A stretch of DNA of 64,000 nt from Octopus vulgaris (taxonomy: Eukaryota), in contig OX597826.1 of assembly GCA_951406725.2 (NCBI GenBank), forward strand, positions 71,858,001 through 71,922,000. Direction: 5' to 3'. The translations under genes were made by a program, and so were the position numbers. Of the stretch, positions 12,850-24,759 are shown in pieces. The stretch's first letter is position 1. The number at the start of each line of letters is the position of its first letter. The notes beneath the pieces were generated by a model, which saw nothing but the letters and a program-made list of their open reading frames with translations, was not told where the DNA came from and ran no database searches.

Positions 12850-14960
12850 AAAAGGAGTTGAGAGTTAGAGGTGAGAAGAACTTAAGGACGTGGGTCCCGC
12901 TAGCTGAGAAGAGCAGAGACTGTAGTAGTAGACGTGAGGGAAGAGATAGAGAGAGGATACAGCACTGTTGGGCATCAGAGGTTGCACTGATGAATGAATA
13001 TTTGTCTTCTGTGGCGAGAGGTGTCTTTATTTTTGTATGTTAGAAGGGAGGTTAGCGTAACAGACTGACAGACTGGCTGTACAAGTGTGATGTGTTTGTG
13101 TGCGTAAGAGAAGGAGGGAGAGAGAGAGAGGTGTGAGCGACCACTTTCCTGCCTGTAGAATTACTTTAACACCCATAAAAACCTGAAATAAGACCTCTAC
13201 AATTACTACCACTTATATTACTTCTACTGTTGCCACTGCCCTTCGCTTTTCTGGGCCTTTTCTACTTTGGATGGGCGGCGAAAGAATCGTTTGACCTTAG
13301 TGGAATTTGACCTAGATGACATGTTTAAACAAGTTTGTTAGGCGGGGCGTCATTTTTATTGTATCAGGTTTAAAGTAGCAACGCGCACACCCACAAAGAA
13401 CACATACAATTTTACCTTTTAATTTAAAAATGAAAATCTAAAAAAAGAGGATCTCGATGCGAAAATCTAGGCATTAAAATAAAATAAAGTCTGAAGATAT
13501 TATATCATTAAGAGCTCCAATTTTTTATTTTATTATTATTATTATTATTATTATTATAAATGATGTTACACAGTTGAAGACCGGGTCTTCGGATCTTCCT
13601 ATGTGACATTTCGTGGGATTTTGTTAAATTTCCTCCGAGCTTTTTCCCTTTAACTTTAAGTAGGAAGATGAGAGGTAAAAACCTGTATTATTTTTAGGTC
13701 GTAATATGAAGATATTGTAAAAGGGATCGTGTAAATCTATTGTTATTTATATTTCCCATAAGTTAAAAACGAGAAAGCAAGTGCAAGTTGGAAGAAATGT
13801 AATACGAAAGTACAACTGATAACGTGTTAGCTCTGCAGGTGCGAAACGAGAGAGTTACTCAATCACATGGGAGTCGAGCAAATCTATTTATTAACTGTTG
13901 GGGACAGTCAACACAAATAAAGACAGTTCAACTAAACCTTCTCCTTGGTAATTCATGAATCGAGGCCCCTATTTTTATTCTTTATTTATCTGTTTTACTT
14001 CCAGCGTGTATGAATTACTCTAGTTTATCCTGGTGGTTCGGTGTTTGGGTGTGAAAGTTCGGCTCTCGCGTACAATGGCAGACGGCCTGAGCAGCTTGTT
14101 GGCCCGCATCCGCTGCTTGAATACATGTATCCAATGTCTCAGACAAACCCGTCCCTTGCCCGACAGCCTGTGTTATGTTCCCAGCCAGCTGGAGTACAGG
14201 TGTGTACGGTCAAGAATCGTTGACAATGACAAGAGTCCATTCTGTTCGGTGGACATTTATACCAAACCAGACCTCAATAGTGACAAACTTCCTTTCTCGG
14301 AAGAACTTCTTCTTTCTCGTGTTGTCGCCTCTGGTCTCGAGTTTTGCAACTCTCAAGGAAGGTGGATTAAAGTTTTAAAGGTATTTATTAATTAGAATCT
14401 CTCTCCCCCACCCCTTCTCTTTCTTTATCTCATATACATATAATCCGCAAACCGAATAAGTGTGTGTACTTTCAGAGGTTGATTCAAACGTTTCAGCTGG
14501 ACCCGTCTTTCTCGGCCCTGCTCGAAGCATTAGAATCAATCTCTGCTAAGGGCACATGCACATTTGTTTAAGGAATTGCATTAACTATGTTTTTGTCGAC
14601 CAAAACCATGTCTGGTTTCCTGGGACTGGAATTATTATTTTTCTTTTGAAAATATACATTTGATATACATATTTGTCATATATACGTTTACATTTTCAGT
14701 TTGTAAATAATCTTTTAACTCTTTCTACCAATCTGAAATCGAAATGTTTTTATTTCGAGGTAAGTATGTAAAATATAAAAAAAAAAAAATCATCAAACAG
14801 TCGCAGTTTGGATGTCAGTCTCGCGACAGTAGTTCGTGACCCACCACAGGTGCTCTGCTGTGTCTGGATATGATTTAATTTGTCGTACCCTGTAGTAAAT
14901 CGATATGATGGGAGGTGCGATCAGCTCGCTATAATCCGGTACAGTTAGAAAACGTGTCCG
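12850..14960. promoter_or_regulatory. CpG-retaining, TE-poor promoter and 5' region of the HECTD3-like gene
   Basis: About 2 kb without recognisable SINEs, with visibly more CpG than its flanks. GC box ggcggggcg at 13341. A strong acceptor (tgttttacttccag, AG at 14003-14004) lies 70 nt before the ATG, suggesting an upstream non-coding exon. Confidence 0.55.
14075..14380 (+). CDS. HECTD3: HECTD3-like E3 ubiquitin ligase, coding exon 1
   Basis: ATG at 14075. MADGLSSLLARIRCLNTCIQCLRQTRPLPDSLCYVPSQLEYR...GLEFCNSQGRWIKVLK resembles the HECTD3 N-terminus as I recall it (LLGRVRFL..RPLPAALAFVP..EELCNGHGLWVKLTK). Donor AAG|GTATTT, 306 nt, phase 0. Confidence 0.9.
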
Positions 14961-15600
14961 TACAGTACATTGTGTGGTGTTGTAGTTGTATGAGTATGTG
15001 GAAAGCATATGTGGGAGGATGGCAGCATGGGCATGTCGTGTGGGGTTGTGGAGTGGGGGTCTGATCTGTCGTGTGACAGTCTAGGCATGTGGTAGTGTAA
15101 ATGCAACCGGCTGAATGGACATGGTGTGTGGATTCTTGGCATGTGGTATGGTAATGTAGTGTAACAGTCTTGATATGTTAAGTGGTATGGTTGTTTAGTG
15201 TGGCATTCAGGGCACAACTTGTGTGGTCATGTACAGTAAGACTGGTAAGGTTTTATGGTTGTAGATGTGTTGCAAATTGGGTATGTTTTTTTGATGGAGT
15301 AGTGTGTAATAAGATAGACTGAGCATGTGGTGTTGTTGTCTATATATGGTGTAGTGATACTGTGTAGCAGTCTGGACATGTGGTAGTCCAGGTATGTCAT
15401 GTGATTGGCATAGTAGGGTGGTCTCTGGGTATGCTGTGTAATGATTTGATTGCAATGTAGCAACCTGGGAATTTAATGTGGTAGAGTGATGTAAAGGCTT
15501 CAGCATGTGTAATGTGATGTGGTGGTGTAGAATGGCAGTCTCAGCATGTGCTGTTGTAGTGGACAGTTGGCATGTTGTATGATGTGGTCATGTAATGCAG
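14960..15600. repeat. Degenerate TG-rich (TGTGG-like) low-complexity tract
   Basis: Recurrent gtgtggtg, tgtagtg and ggcatgtgg motifs. A similar tract lies at 17660-18620. Confidence 0.7.
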
Positions 15601-16199
15601 GGGTTTTTTTTGCTCTAGAAACCACCTCAAAGAAGGACCATAGGCCACTTTTAGTATAAGGGAAAGAACTAATAAAAGATGGCAATAAAATAATTGATGA
15701 ATATTAATGTATGAATTGATAAAATTTTTTAAATGACAGTAACTACCAACATTAGTTACCTGAACTTATTGGGATCAATATCATATTGTGCAGAAGACAA
15801 AGGTTGTTCTTGAATTCAGGTGTTCTAGCAAAAATTTTTATGCATGCAGCTTCCAATATGTCTGTGACATATCCTTCAAGCATAGATGCAGTTATGTGGA
15901 AGCGCATGGCTTAGTGGTTAGGGTGTCAGCAGCACGATTGTAAGGTTGTGGTTTTGATTCTTGGACCGAACGACGCGTTGTGTTCTTGAGCAAAACACTT
16001 CATTTCACATTGCTCCAGTCCACTCAGCTGGCAGAAATGAGTAACGCTGCAATGGACTGGCGTCCCGTCCAGCTGGGGAACACATACGCCATTGAACCCG
16101 GGCCCATGAGCCTTGCTAGGCTTTATTTAAAAGGGCACATTTATTTTATTTATAGATGCAGTTTGCTAAATTTGCCAAAGTGAATTCTGATGGGAAATT

Positions 16200-17640
16200 T
16201 CTAGATTGGTAGAATCAGGGAACAAAGCTCATCAGAAAGTAAGATTTTATCAATGTTAGAGTAACTGGATTGACAAAAAAAGCTCATTACCAACTAGGCT
16301 CTCCAAGACAGTACTGCAAGTTACCAAGAATAGACAGTTCTGCATTGTTGGTGGATCTAGCTCTTGTAGAGATCCAATAGAGCTTCAGTTACAAATATTC
16401 CTGAACAATAGACTAAAATCATCATTCTGGCTACCACATAATACAGGAAATTAGGAAACTCAGCTGAAATTAAATGTGAATCATCATCATCATCGTTTAA
16501 CATCCGCTTTCCATGCTTGCATGGATTGGACAATTTGACTGAAGACTGGCGAAGCAGATGGCTGCACCAGACTCCAATCTTGATCTGGCAGAGTTTCTAC
16601 AGCTGGATGCCCTTCCTAACACCAACCAGAGGGTAGTGGGTGCTTTTACATGCCACTGGCACGAGGGCCAGTCAGGCAGTACTGGCAACAGACATGCTCA
16701 GATGGTGCTTTTTATGTGCCACCTGCACAGGAGCCAATCCAGCGGCACTGGCAACGACCTCGCTCATAAAACTTAATAATTTCTCCAAACGAAGAGACTC
16801 CTATTTCAATGGATACCAATCCAGTCCATTGAAAAATCCCAGAATTTCTCAGTTGTAGTAGAAACATACTAGGTTATTTTTGGAAGATCCCTGGGGTACA
16901 TCTGCAAGGATTTTATCAATATCAGAGAACTGACTTTTGACAGCAACTTTCTGACTTCTTCTGGTCAGGAATGAGTTGTCAATGGAAGAAGCAAAATGCC
17001 TACCAGATATGCTGTGGAACCATTCTTTATGCAATTCCTTAGCAAATATTTTGGAAACATCTATGGCAATAACATAAGCATCAAAGCTGCTTTCCAGTGA
17101 ACCACTTAACCCTTTTGTTAACATATTTCTGTTAAGATATATTGTCTTTGTTTCAATCCAGTTTTTCAAAATAAGAAAGAATTTAGTAAAATAACTTTCT
17201 TTATCAAGCTGGTCATTAAATTCAATGTAAATTAACAAGGAATTTTGAAAGAGTGCTTTAATTTAGATCACTTAAAACAGAAAGAATCTATCATAGAACC
17301 AAGTGTGGTCTCAGCCAAGGTGAACTCAAAAGGATCAAGAGTCATGACTATTTCAGGAAGACCAAAAATGGAACTGCTTGTTGCTAAAGAGATTGGCTTC
17401 AGTCAAGTGGTCTAATGGCCTGCTTTTGATGTTCAATAAGCTAGCGGAATTATTTTGAGATGGTGAATAATGGTCACCAAATTTCTTGAAAATTTGATGA
17501 GGCAATGATTGAATTTTGCTAGAATTGACATTAACTCAGGGAATCAGTTTTTTAACACATGGATTGGAATTTGGCCTGAGCCAGTTGCTTTTGAAGGATG
17601 AAGATCATATGTAAGTTTGGAAACTGCTCTGAAAAGTTAG
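16200..17640 (-). mobile_element. Decayed non-LTR retrotransposon RT fragment (CR1/Jockey/I-like), interrupted by a family D repeat and a TTAA MITE
   Basis: IAIDVSKIF...SFLTRRSQKVAV...DVPQGS corresponds to the RT motifs D.SKAFD and GVPQGS. Confidence 0.7.
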
Positions 17641-17934
17641 AAATAAAGCAGTTAGTTTGATGAGAATATAATCTGGCAATCTAGGCATATTGTGGGGTGT
17701 AGTTGTGTCACAATCTGGGAACATGGTGTAGCAGTGTGCCGTGGGTGTTTGGGCCTATTAGAGGTAGTTAGTGTAGTGTATCAATCTGGGTATTGTTGTA
17801 TGGTGTGTGTGGCTGTGTAATGCAGCAGTCTTGTTATGTGGTGTGGTTGTGTATTTTGACAGTGGAAGCATGTAGTGTGGCTGCCTGGACTTAATGTGTT
17901 GCACGACACAAAATGTCCAGGTGTGGATGGTAGT

Positions 17935-18350
17935 AAGGCAGCGAGCTGGCAGAAGCGTTAGCACACCGGGCGAAATGCTTAGCGGTATTTCGTCTGCCGC
18001 TACATTCTGAGTTCAAATTCTGCCGAGGTCGACTTTGCTTTTCATCCTTTCGGGGTCGATTAAATAAGTACCAGTTGTGCACTGGGGTCGATATAATCAA
18101 CTTAATCCATGTGTCTGTCCTTGTTTGTCCTCTCTGTGTTTAGCTCCTTGTGGGTAGTAAAGAAATAGGTATTTCATCTGTCTTTACCTTCTGAGTTCAA
18201 ATTCCGCTGAGGTCGACTTTGCCTTTCATCCTTTCGGGGTCGATTAAATAAGTACCAGTTACTCACTGGGGTCGATATAATCGACTTAATCCGGTTGTCT
18301 GTCCTTGTTTGTCCTCTGTGTTTAGCTCCTTGTGGGTAGTAAAAAATAGG
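17935..18350 (+). mobile_element. Family A SINE head-to-tail dimer
   Basis: The body repeats after the junction aaagaaatag|gtatttcatc. TSD-like ggtagta on both flanks. Confidence 0.88.
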
Positions 18351-18902
18351 TAGTATGGCAGTCTGGATATGTTGAGGTAATGTATTGTGAGAACCTGGAC
18401 AAGTGGTTAGGTAATGTTATGTGACAGTCTGAGCGTGTTGCGTAATAGGCTTCATGTGTTTTTGTGAAGTGTAGTCATCATGTGTGCTGGTGTTGTGGAG
18501 TTGAATTTAAGTGGACGTGTGTTGGTGTTGTATGGAGTAGGATGCATATGTGCTGGTGTTATGTGGTATAAGAGGATATGTGCTGAAGTGTGGAGTGGGG
18601 TGGACATTTGTGCTGGTGTAGGGTGACTGTCAATAACTTTATTTCAGTGTGTTGCTGTATTGAAGGACCCAACTGGTTTAAGATTCATATTTTTCCAGAG
18701 GACATTGAGAGTAAACTATGTAACTTCATCCAGGATTTGAAACACAACTTGAGGACTTGTTACAACACACACTCTCCCACCACTTATGTAATCAAGCTGT
18801 CCTTTCCATTCTTTTTCACTGTCTTTTATATACAGTATTTCTTGATATAATAGTTAATGTTATCAGTCAATACATTAACTCTAATAACTGTTTTATCCAG
18901 AA

Positions 18903-19160
18903 CAAAGGTCCTCAACTGAGGTCCCTATGACCCTTGGTGGTCCTTATAAGATTTTGTTGTTAAAATCTATCTACAATAAATTGGTTATACTTCTTCAACA
19001 GGCAAAATATTCTAACAATATTTTTTTACACAATTCCTAATAATATTTACTAATAAAAATATAATCTGATTTTTTTAGACATCGAATTGCTAGTAGGGGT
19101 CCATGTGGGTAAAATAGAAAACAACGGAGTCCAAAGGTAACAAGTGACTGAGAAACACTG
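18903..19160. mobile_element. hAT (Charlie-like) MITE, decayed
   Basis: Ends resemble ca..ggtcctcaac / tgagaaacactg, with internal ggggtcc motifs. Confidence 0.5.
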
Positions 19161-19169
19161 GTCTAGACA

Positions 19170-21100
19170 AACTGTACCACATCACACAACACAATTTCAC
19201 ATTCACCACATCAGGCTACACCATTGTCATACTATGGTATGTCACAGAGTACCACACCAAAAACCAATGAGGAAATCTTTAGGTGGTCAGTTGACCTGAT
19301 AAAAATAGCTACCAAATCTTCCTCAAATCACACCTTGATGTCTTTAAAAAAAAATGACATATTGGATCATGTGGTTATGGGTATCCTAACACTGGCAAAG
19401 AAACTGGATGATTATGGATGAAATGCATTTGATCATAGGTATGTTTGGTCATTGCTTACCTGAGGCAAAACACCAACAGCATCACACACTACACCATTGC
19501 TATATCACAACAGATAACATACATCATCTCAAACCACACCACACCATGGCTCCCTGCACATCATATCTCAGAGAAAAGTATATGACACACTACCTCACCT
19601 GACCATATTGCATTACACTGCAGTAAACCACATCATATACAACACACTACACAATATCATAATTAACAATACTACATCACATCATGTGGCAGCGCATGGC
19701 TTAGTGGTTAGGGTGTTAGACTAATGATCGTAAGAGTATGGTTTCGATTCCTGGACTGGGTGATGCGTTGTGTTCTTGAGCAAAACACTTCATTTTCACA
19801 TTGCTCCAGTCCACTCAGCTGGCAAAAATGAGTAATCCTGCAACGGATTGGCTTCCCGTCCCGGTGGGGGAATTTCTACGCCACTGAAACCGGGAAACCG
19901 GTCCTTATGAGCCTGGCATGGCTCCAGAAGGAAATATACATCACATCATATCACACCACATTAAGCAATATCACACTGCACCACATTTGTCCACATCACA
20001 TTACATCACACTAGACCAATTCACATTGCACCAAGCTTGACCACTTTACAGTACACCACTCCAAACCACATCACTTTACCCCACACAACTCAACATCATT
20101 GCAGCATGATATATCACATCATATTGCACCAAACTAGACCACATTACATTACACTGCACTAAAGTGCATGACACTAAACCACATTGCACTACCTTGCATT
20201 AGACTGCATCACAATGCACCACAATAGAGCATATTACATTACACCGTTCTGGGCCACATCACATTGTACCACACAAGACCACATCTCATCAGGCAGGACC
20301 TCACCTCATCACCTTACACCATTCTAGGCCACTTCATATCACACCAACCAGACCACATTACATTTGCACCACACTAGCCCACATCACATTGCACTGTAGT
20401 CGACCACGTCCCTCACCATATCACATACATTACATCTTGCTGCACTTCACACAATTCTACACTGCACCACATGACAAGACCCCACTCTACATCCCATTAC
20501 ATGTATTTCTGTAAGCCCTCAAAAAACAACACCTACACAATATGAGGAAAGAAGTAGTTCATTACCATCACAATTAATTTTATTGCTCCTAAATACACCA
20601 CATCAGTACACATACGTACCTTACAAAAACTAACTACTCCTCCTCCTCAGTCAACACTTCTCCACGTATACGGCCACCACTACTACATGGCAAGTAATTA
20701 TTCAGCTTTCTTCTAAAAATTTCCTTATCATTCTAATAACAGATTCACAAAATTAAAATAATGATGAAACAAAACAAAACATTTGCACAAACATCAAAAG
20801 AGCTCAGAAACAATTTATACAGAAAATTTAAATTTATATATCACTAAACTCAACAGCATAACAATCACTAACATAGACACAGTCATTGAGACATCCAGCA
20901 ATACCACAATCACTAACACAGATTGCTAAAGTAGACACATGTAGCAACACCATAGTCACAATGTAGATGTTGCAATACTTTAATTCAATAATTTGTCAGT
21001 CACCAACATTTTCAACACAGTACTTTTATATTCAACAATACCACAATCACCAGAATAGCTACTGCAGTATATACATTTGACAAAATTGTTGTCACCAATC
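19170..21100. repeat. Degenerate CA-rich (ACCAC/CACAT pentamer-like) tract
   Basis: Recurrent accacatcacatt and cacactacac motifs. Interrupted by a family C SINE at 19687-19935. Confidence 0.7.
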
Positions 21101-21777
21101 CTCCTCCTCATCCTCATCATTTAACGTCTACTTTCTATGCTGGCATGGGTCAGAGGATTTGACAGCAGCTGGCAAACCGGAGAGCCATACCAGGCTCCAA
21201 TTGTCTGCTTTGGTGTGGTTCTAAGGCGGCGAGTTGGCAGAAACTTTAGCATTCCGGGCGAAATGCTTAGTGGTATTTCGTCTGCCGCTATGTTCTGAGT
21301 TCAAATTCCGCCGAGGTTGACTTTGCCTTTTATTTTTCGGGTTGATAAATTAAGTACCAGTTATGCTATGGGGTTGATATAATCGACTTAATCCGTGTGT
21401 CTGTCCTTGTTTGTCCCCTCTGTGTTTAGCCCCTTGTGGGTAGTAAAGAAATAGGTTTCTACAGCTAGATGCCTGTCTTAATGTCAACCACATTACAGAG
21501 TGTACTGGGTGCTTTTTACATGGCACCAGCATGGCTGCTTTTACTGTGGCACCACTACAGGCATGACACCAGCACAAGGTGCTTTTTTTGTGACACTAGT
21601 GGGGTTGCCGAGTTGCTTGGAAGAAAAAACCCTCTCCGCTGAGAGAGGGCACGGAGGGAAGTTGTTGTTGTGAGCCAAGTGAGAATAGAAGGACAAAGTT
21701 GCCTTACTATAGAGGGGAACCAATGTCACTACAGGACATGCACACATTCACCATAATGTCACCAATGCAGTATTATA

Positions 21778-22633
21778 CAGGATGCGATGGGTAAATTCTC
21801 ACTATCTTATATTTTTAATTTCACGCATGCACATTGTTTGTTTTTGATTTTATTGACTGCAGAGTATGGTAGGCTCAGCTGAGCACCGTCTGTGAGAGAA
21901 ACAGCACCATGATGCAATTCACTCTGCCAGAAATTTGGAAATAGCATGCTGTACTGTTTGGCATTCATGCCAGAAGCTGCAATATGAACATTTCAGTGCA
22001 TTTGGGTGTCAGTCTGAGGACAGTGCAATCTAAGGACTTGTACTGAGAGTGATAAAAATCAAACATCCAGTCAACATCATGGTGTTTGGAGTGATCACTA
22101 GTGATGGCAACGTTATGCCTCCATTCATCTTCCCACACAGCCTAAGACTCAACATGGAGGCCTACATCAAGTACCTGGAGGAGATAATGCTGTCCCAAGC
22201 CAAGAGGGTGGTAGCTGGAAGACGCTATGTCTGGCAACAGGACTCTGCACCATGCCACACAAGCAGGAGAACCCAGTCATGGCTGTCAGACAGTTTCTGC
22301 AACCACACCACACCTAACTCCCCAGACTGCTACCCCCTTGATTATTATTTGTGGGGCACATTTGAGCAAGAGACCAACAAAACTCCTTCTAACACCAAAG
22401 ATGAACTGAAGGCATTCACCAACTTAAACAAGGAGACTGTCCAAAAGAGTTGCAGGCGATTCCAAAGTCGTCTGGAAGCTGTGGTTGAAGCCAATGGCAA
22501 TTTTATTGAATAAATTTACTCCTTAGTATTTCAAGATATTTTTATTTGGTAAATATATGTTAAATTGAGATGCCAATCTTATTTTCATTTTTGCATAATT
22601 TAGACGACAATTTATTCACCGTACACTACCCTG
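21778..22633 (+). mobile_element. Tc1/mariner superfamily element (maT/DD37D-like), internally deleted
   Basis: TA flanks and imperfect TIRs (cagg-tgcgatgggtaaatt / aatttattcaccg...ccctg). ORF reads KHPVNIMVFGVI..VWQQDSAPCH..PNSPDCYPLDYYLWG. Confidence 0.88.
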
Positions 22634-22708
22634 TATATTCATCTTCATGATAATTACCAACCACAATGTAAACATTATGGTGCATACATTTAATAATGCC
22701 CTAATCTA

Positions 22709-23932
22709 CTGGGTCATCCCATAAATAATGCAGTTTTTTTTAATACTTTTCAAAATCAAGATAAAGTTCTTTATTAATCTAAAATATACTCTCCTTCATT
22801 TTCTACAATGCACTTCCATCTATCTGGTAGACTTGCAAGGTCCCTCTTCCAAAATTCACTTGTCTGTGATGAAAAATACTCCTCCAGTACTGTTTTGACC
22901 TCATCTATAGAATAAATGATAATTAGATAGGGCAAAGTCCGGTGAATATGGTGGGTGGGGGCATCATTTCCCATTTAAACTACTCCAGCCTTTGGAATGT
23001 CATCCTTGATGTATATGGCTGGGCATTATCCTGATGGAAGAACACCTTTTATCTTGAAACCAAAGATGGTCAGTTTTCTTCTAGCACTGACTTAAGCCAC
23101 TCCAGCTGCTCACAGTAGATTTCCTTTGTTATCATTTGGTTTGGATTTAAATGTTCAAAGTGGACTAAACCTTTCATGTCCCACCAAACAGATAACAGCA
23201 CCTTATGTGGGTGAGGACCTTCTTTAGCCTGGGATGCTGGTATTTCTCCTTTCCCAACCCACTGTCTTTGGCACTTGACATTTTTATAGAGAACCTGTTT
23301 CTCATCATCAGTCACTATTCAGTCCAAAAAAAAGGTTCATTCATGAGACGTGACAGCAAAGAAGAGCACACATTCACTCTCTGCTTGCAATTACACTCAG
23401 AATGTTTGTGAGGAACCTATTGACCCAATTTGCTCACTTTTCCAATGGCACACAGGTGTTGATGAATGGTTGAATGATCAAATCCAAGCTTCTCTGCTAG
23501 TTTCTCAACAGTTACGATGGGATTTTGTTCCACTAGGGTTTGCAGAACATTCTCATTGAGCTCTACAGATCTTTCAGGATGAAACTCGTCTTCTAGGCTA
23601 TAGTTTCCGGCTCAGAATTTCTGGAAGGCTTACACTTATTGTCCAATCCCTATGTACTGCATTAATATTCCTCACACTTTCCGTTGCGTTGTTGCCTATA
23701 TTGAACACATAAAGCAAAATATGCTGAATATGCTCCTTTGTCACTTCCATTATAGCTTTGAAAAAATAACCTGTTGAAATCAAACTGCACTCATCAAAAC
23801 TTGCACTAAGAATAAGCACAAGGTAAAATTACTGCCTGCTTTTATAGCAAGTTGATGCAGGTAGTTTATCCCATTCCCCTCCGACTTTTAGTTCATGCGA
23901 TTGAAAAAACCACTATTTATGGAATGACCTAA
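22709..23932 (-). mobile_element. Near full-length mariner (DD34D-type) transposon with a disrupted transposase
   Basis: TA flanks, TIRs ctgggtcatcccataaataatg / ctatttatggaatgacctaa, about 1.22 kb. Fragments MEVTKEHIQHILLY.., TDDEK.VLY.N, KVLLSVWWD, HQDNA, YSPD and RW..VENEGEY, with frameshifts. Confidence 0.93.
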
Positions 23933-24338
23933 TATATCAAACACTGTACTATATAGTACATACATTTAGAAATACAATAATCAACACTGCAGTATATACA
24001 CTATACAACACTGTAGTCATTAAATAGTCATTGTAGTACATACATTCAACAATACTGCAATCACCAAAAACACACACTGCAATATCATCATCATTTAACA
24101 TCCATTTTCTATGCTGGTATGGGTTAGATGGTTTAATGAGCTGGTAAAGAAGATGGGGGCTGAACCAGGTTTCATTGTCTGTTCTGGCATGGTGTCTACA
24201 GCTTGATACTCTTCCTAGCACCAACCATTTTACAGAAGTGTACTGGGCGCCTTTTATATGGCACCAGAACCAGCATTAATTCTGCAGTTGTGGATGGGTT
24301 TTCTTGAATACATCAAGGTGCCAGATATTCTGTCTATT

Positions 24339-24432
24339 GGTCCTTTGTCAAGATATCTCAAACCCTTGTCAAGATATCTCGGTCCTTTGTCAAAATATCT
24401 CAGTCCTTTGTCAAGATATCTTGGTCTTTTGC
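24339..24432. repeat. 21-bp tandem repeat, about 4.5 copies
   Basis: Units of ggtcctttgtcaagatatctc at 24339, 24360, 24381 and 24402. Confidence 0.9.
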
Positions 24433-24437
24433 CACTG

Positions 24438-24495
<58 letters not shown>

Positions 24496-24759
24496 TTATT
24501 GCTTTTATGTTCCCCTTAAAGTTCCATTCATTGTTGCATACTTTTGGATACTCTTGGCGTTGTGGACTTACCTAACAACTGTGAGCTTTCCTTCATCAAT
24601 GCTTTCCATGCTATGACAGATAACTGTCTGTGTTGCATCATTCTGTCCTGCCAATATGTGACATGCTTCACTTTGATATGCCTCAATCCTTTATGGATCC
24701 TTTATAATCAGAGCTAGATCTTCCCGCTGATATCTCTGGGCACTTCTGTTATCTCAACC

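Noticed and set aside
14033-14074. GTG start extending exon 1 in the ORF track
   Set aside because: Bacterial-style start call. The first in-frame ATG (14075) matches where homology begins.
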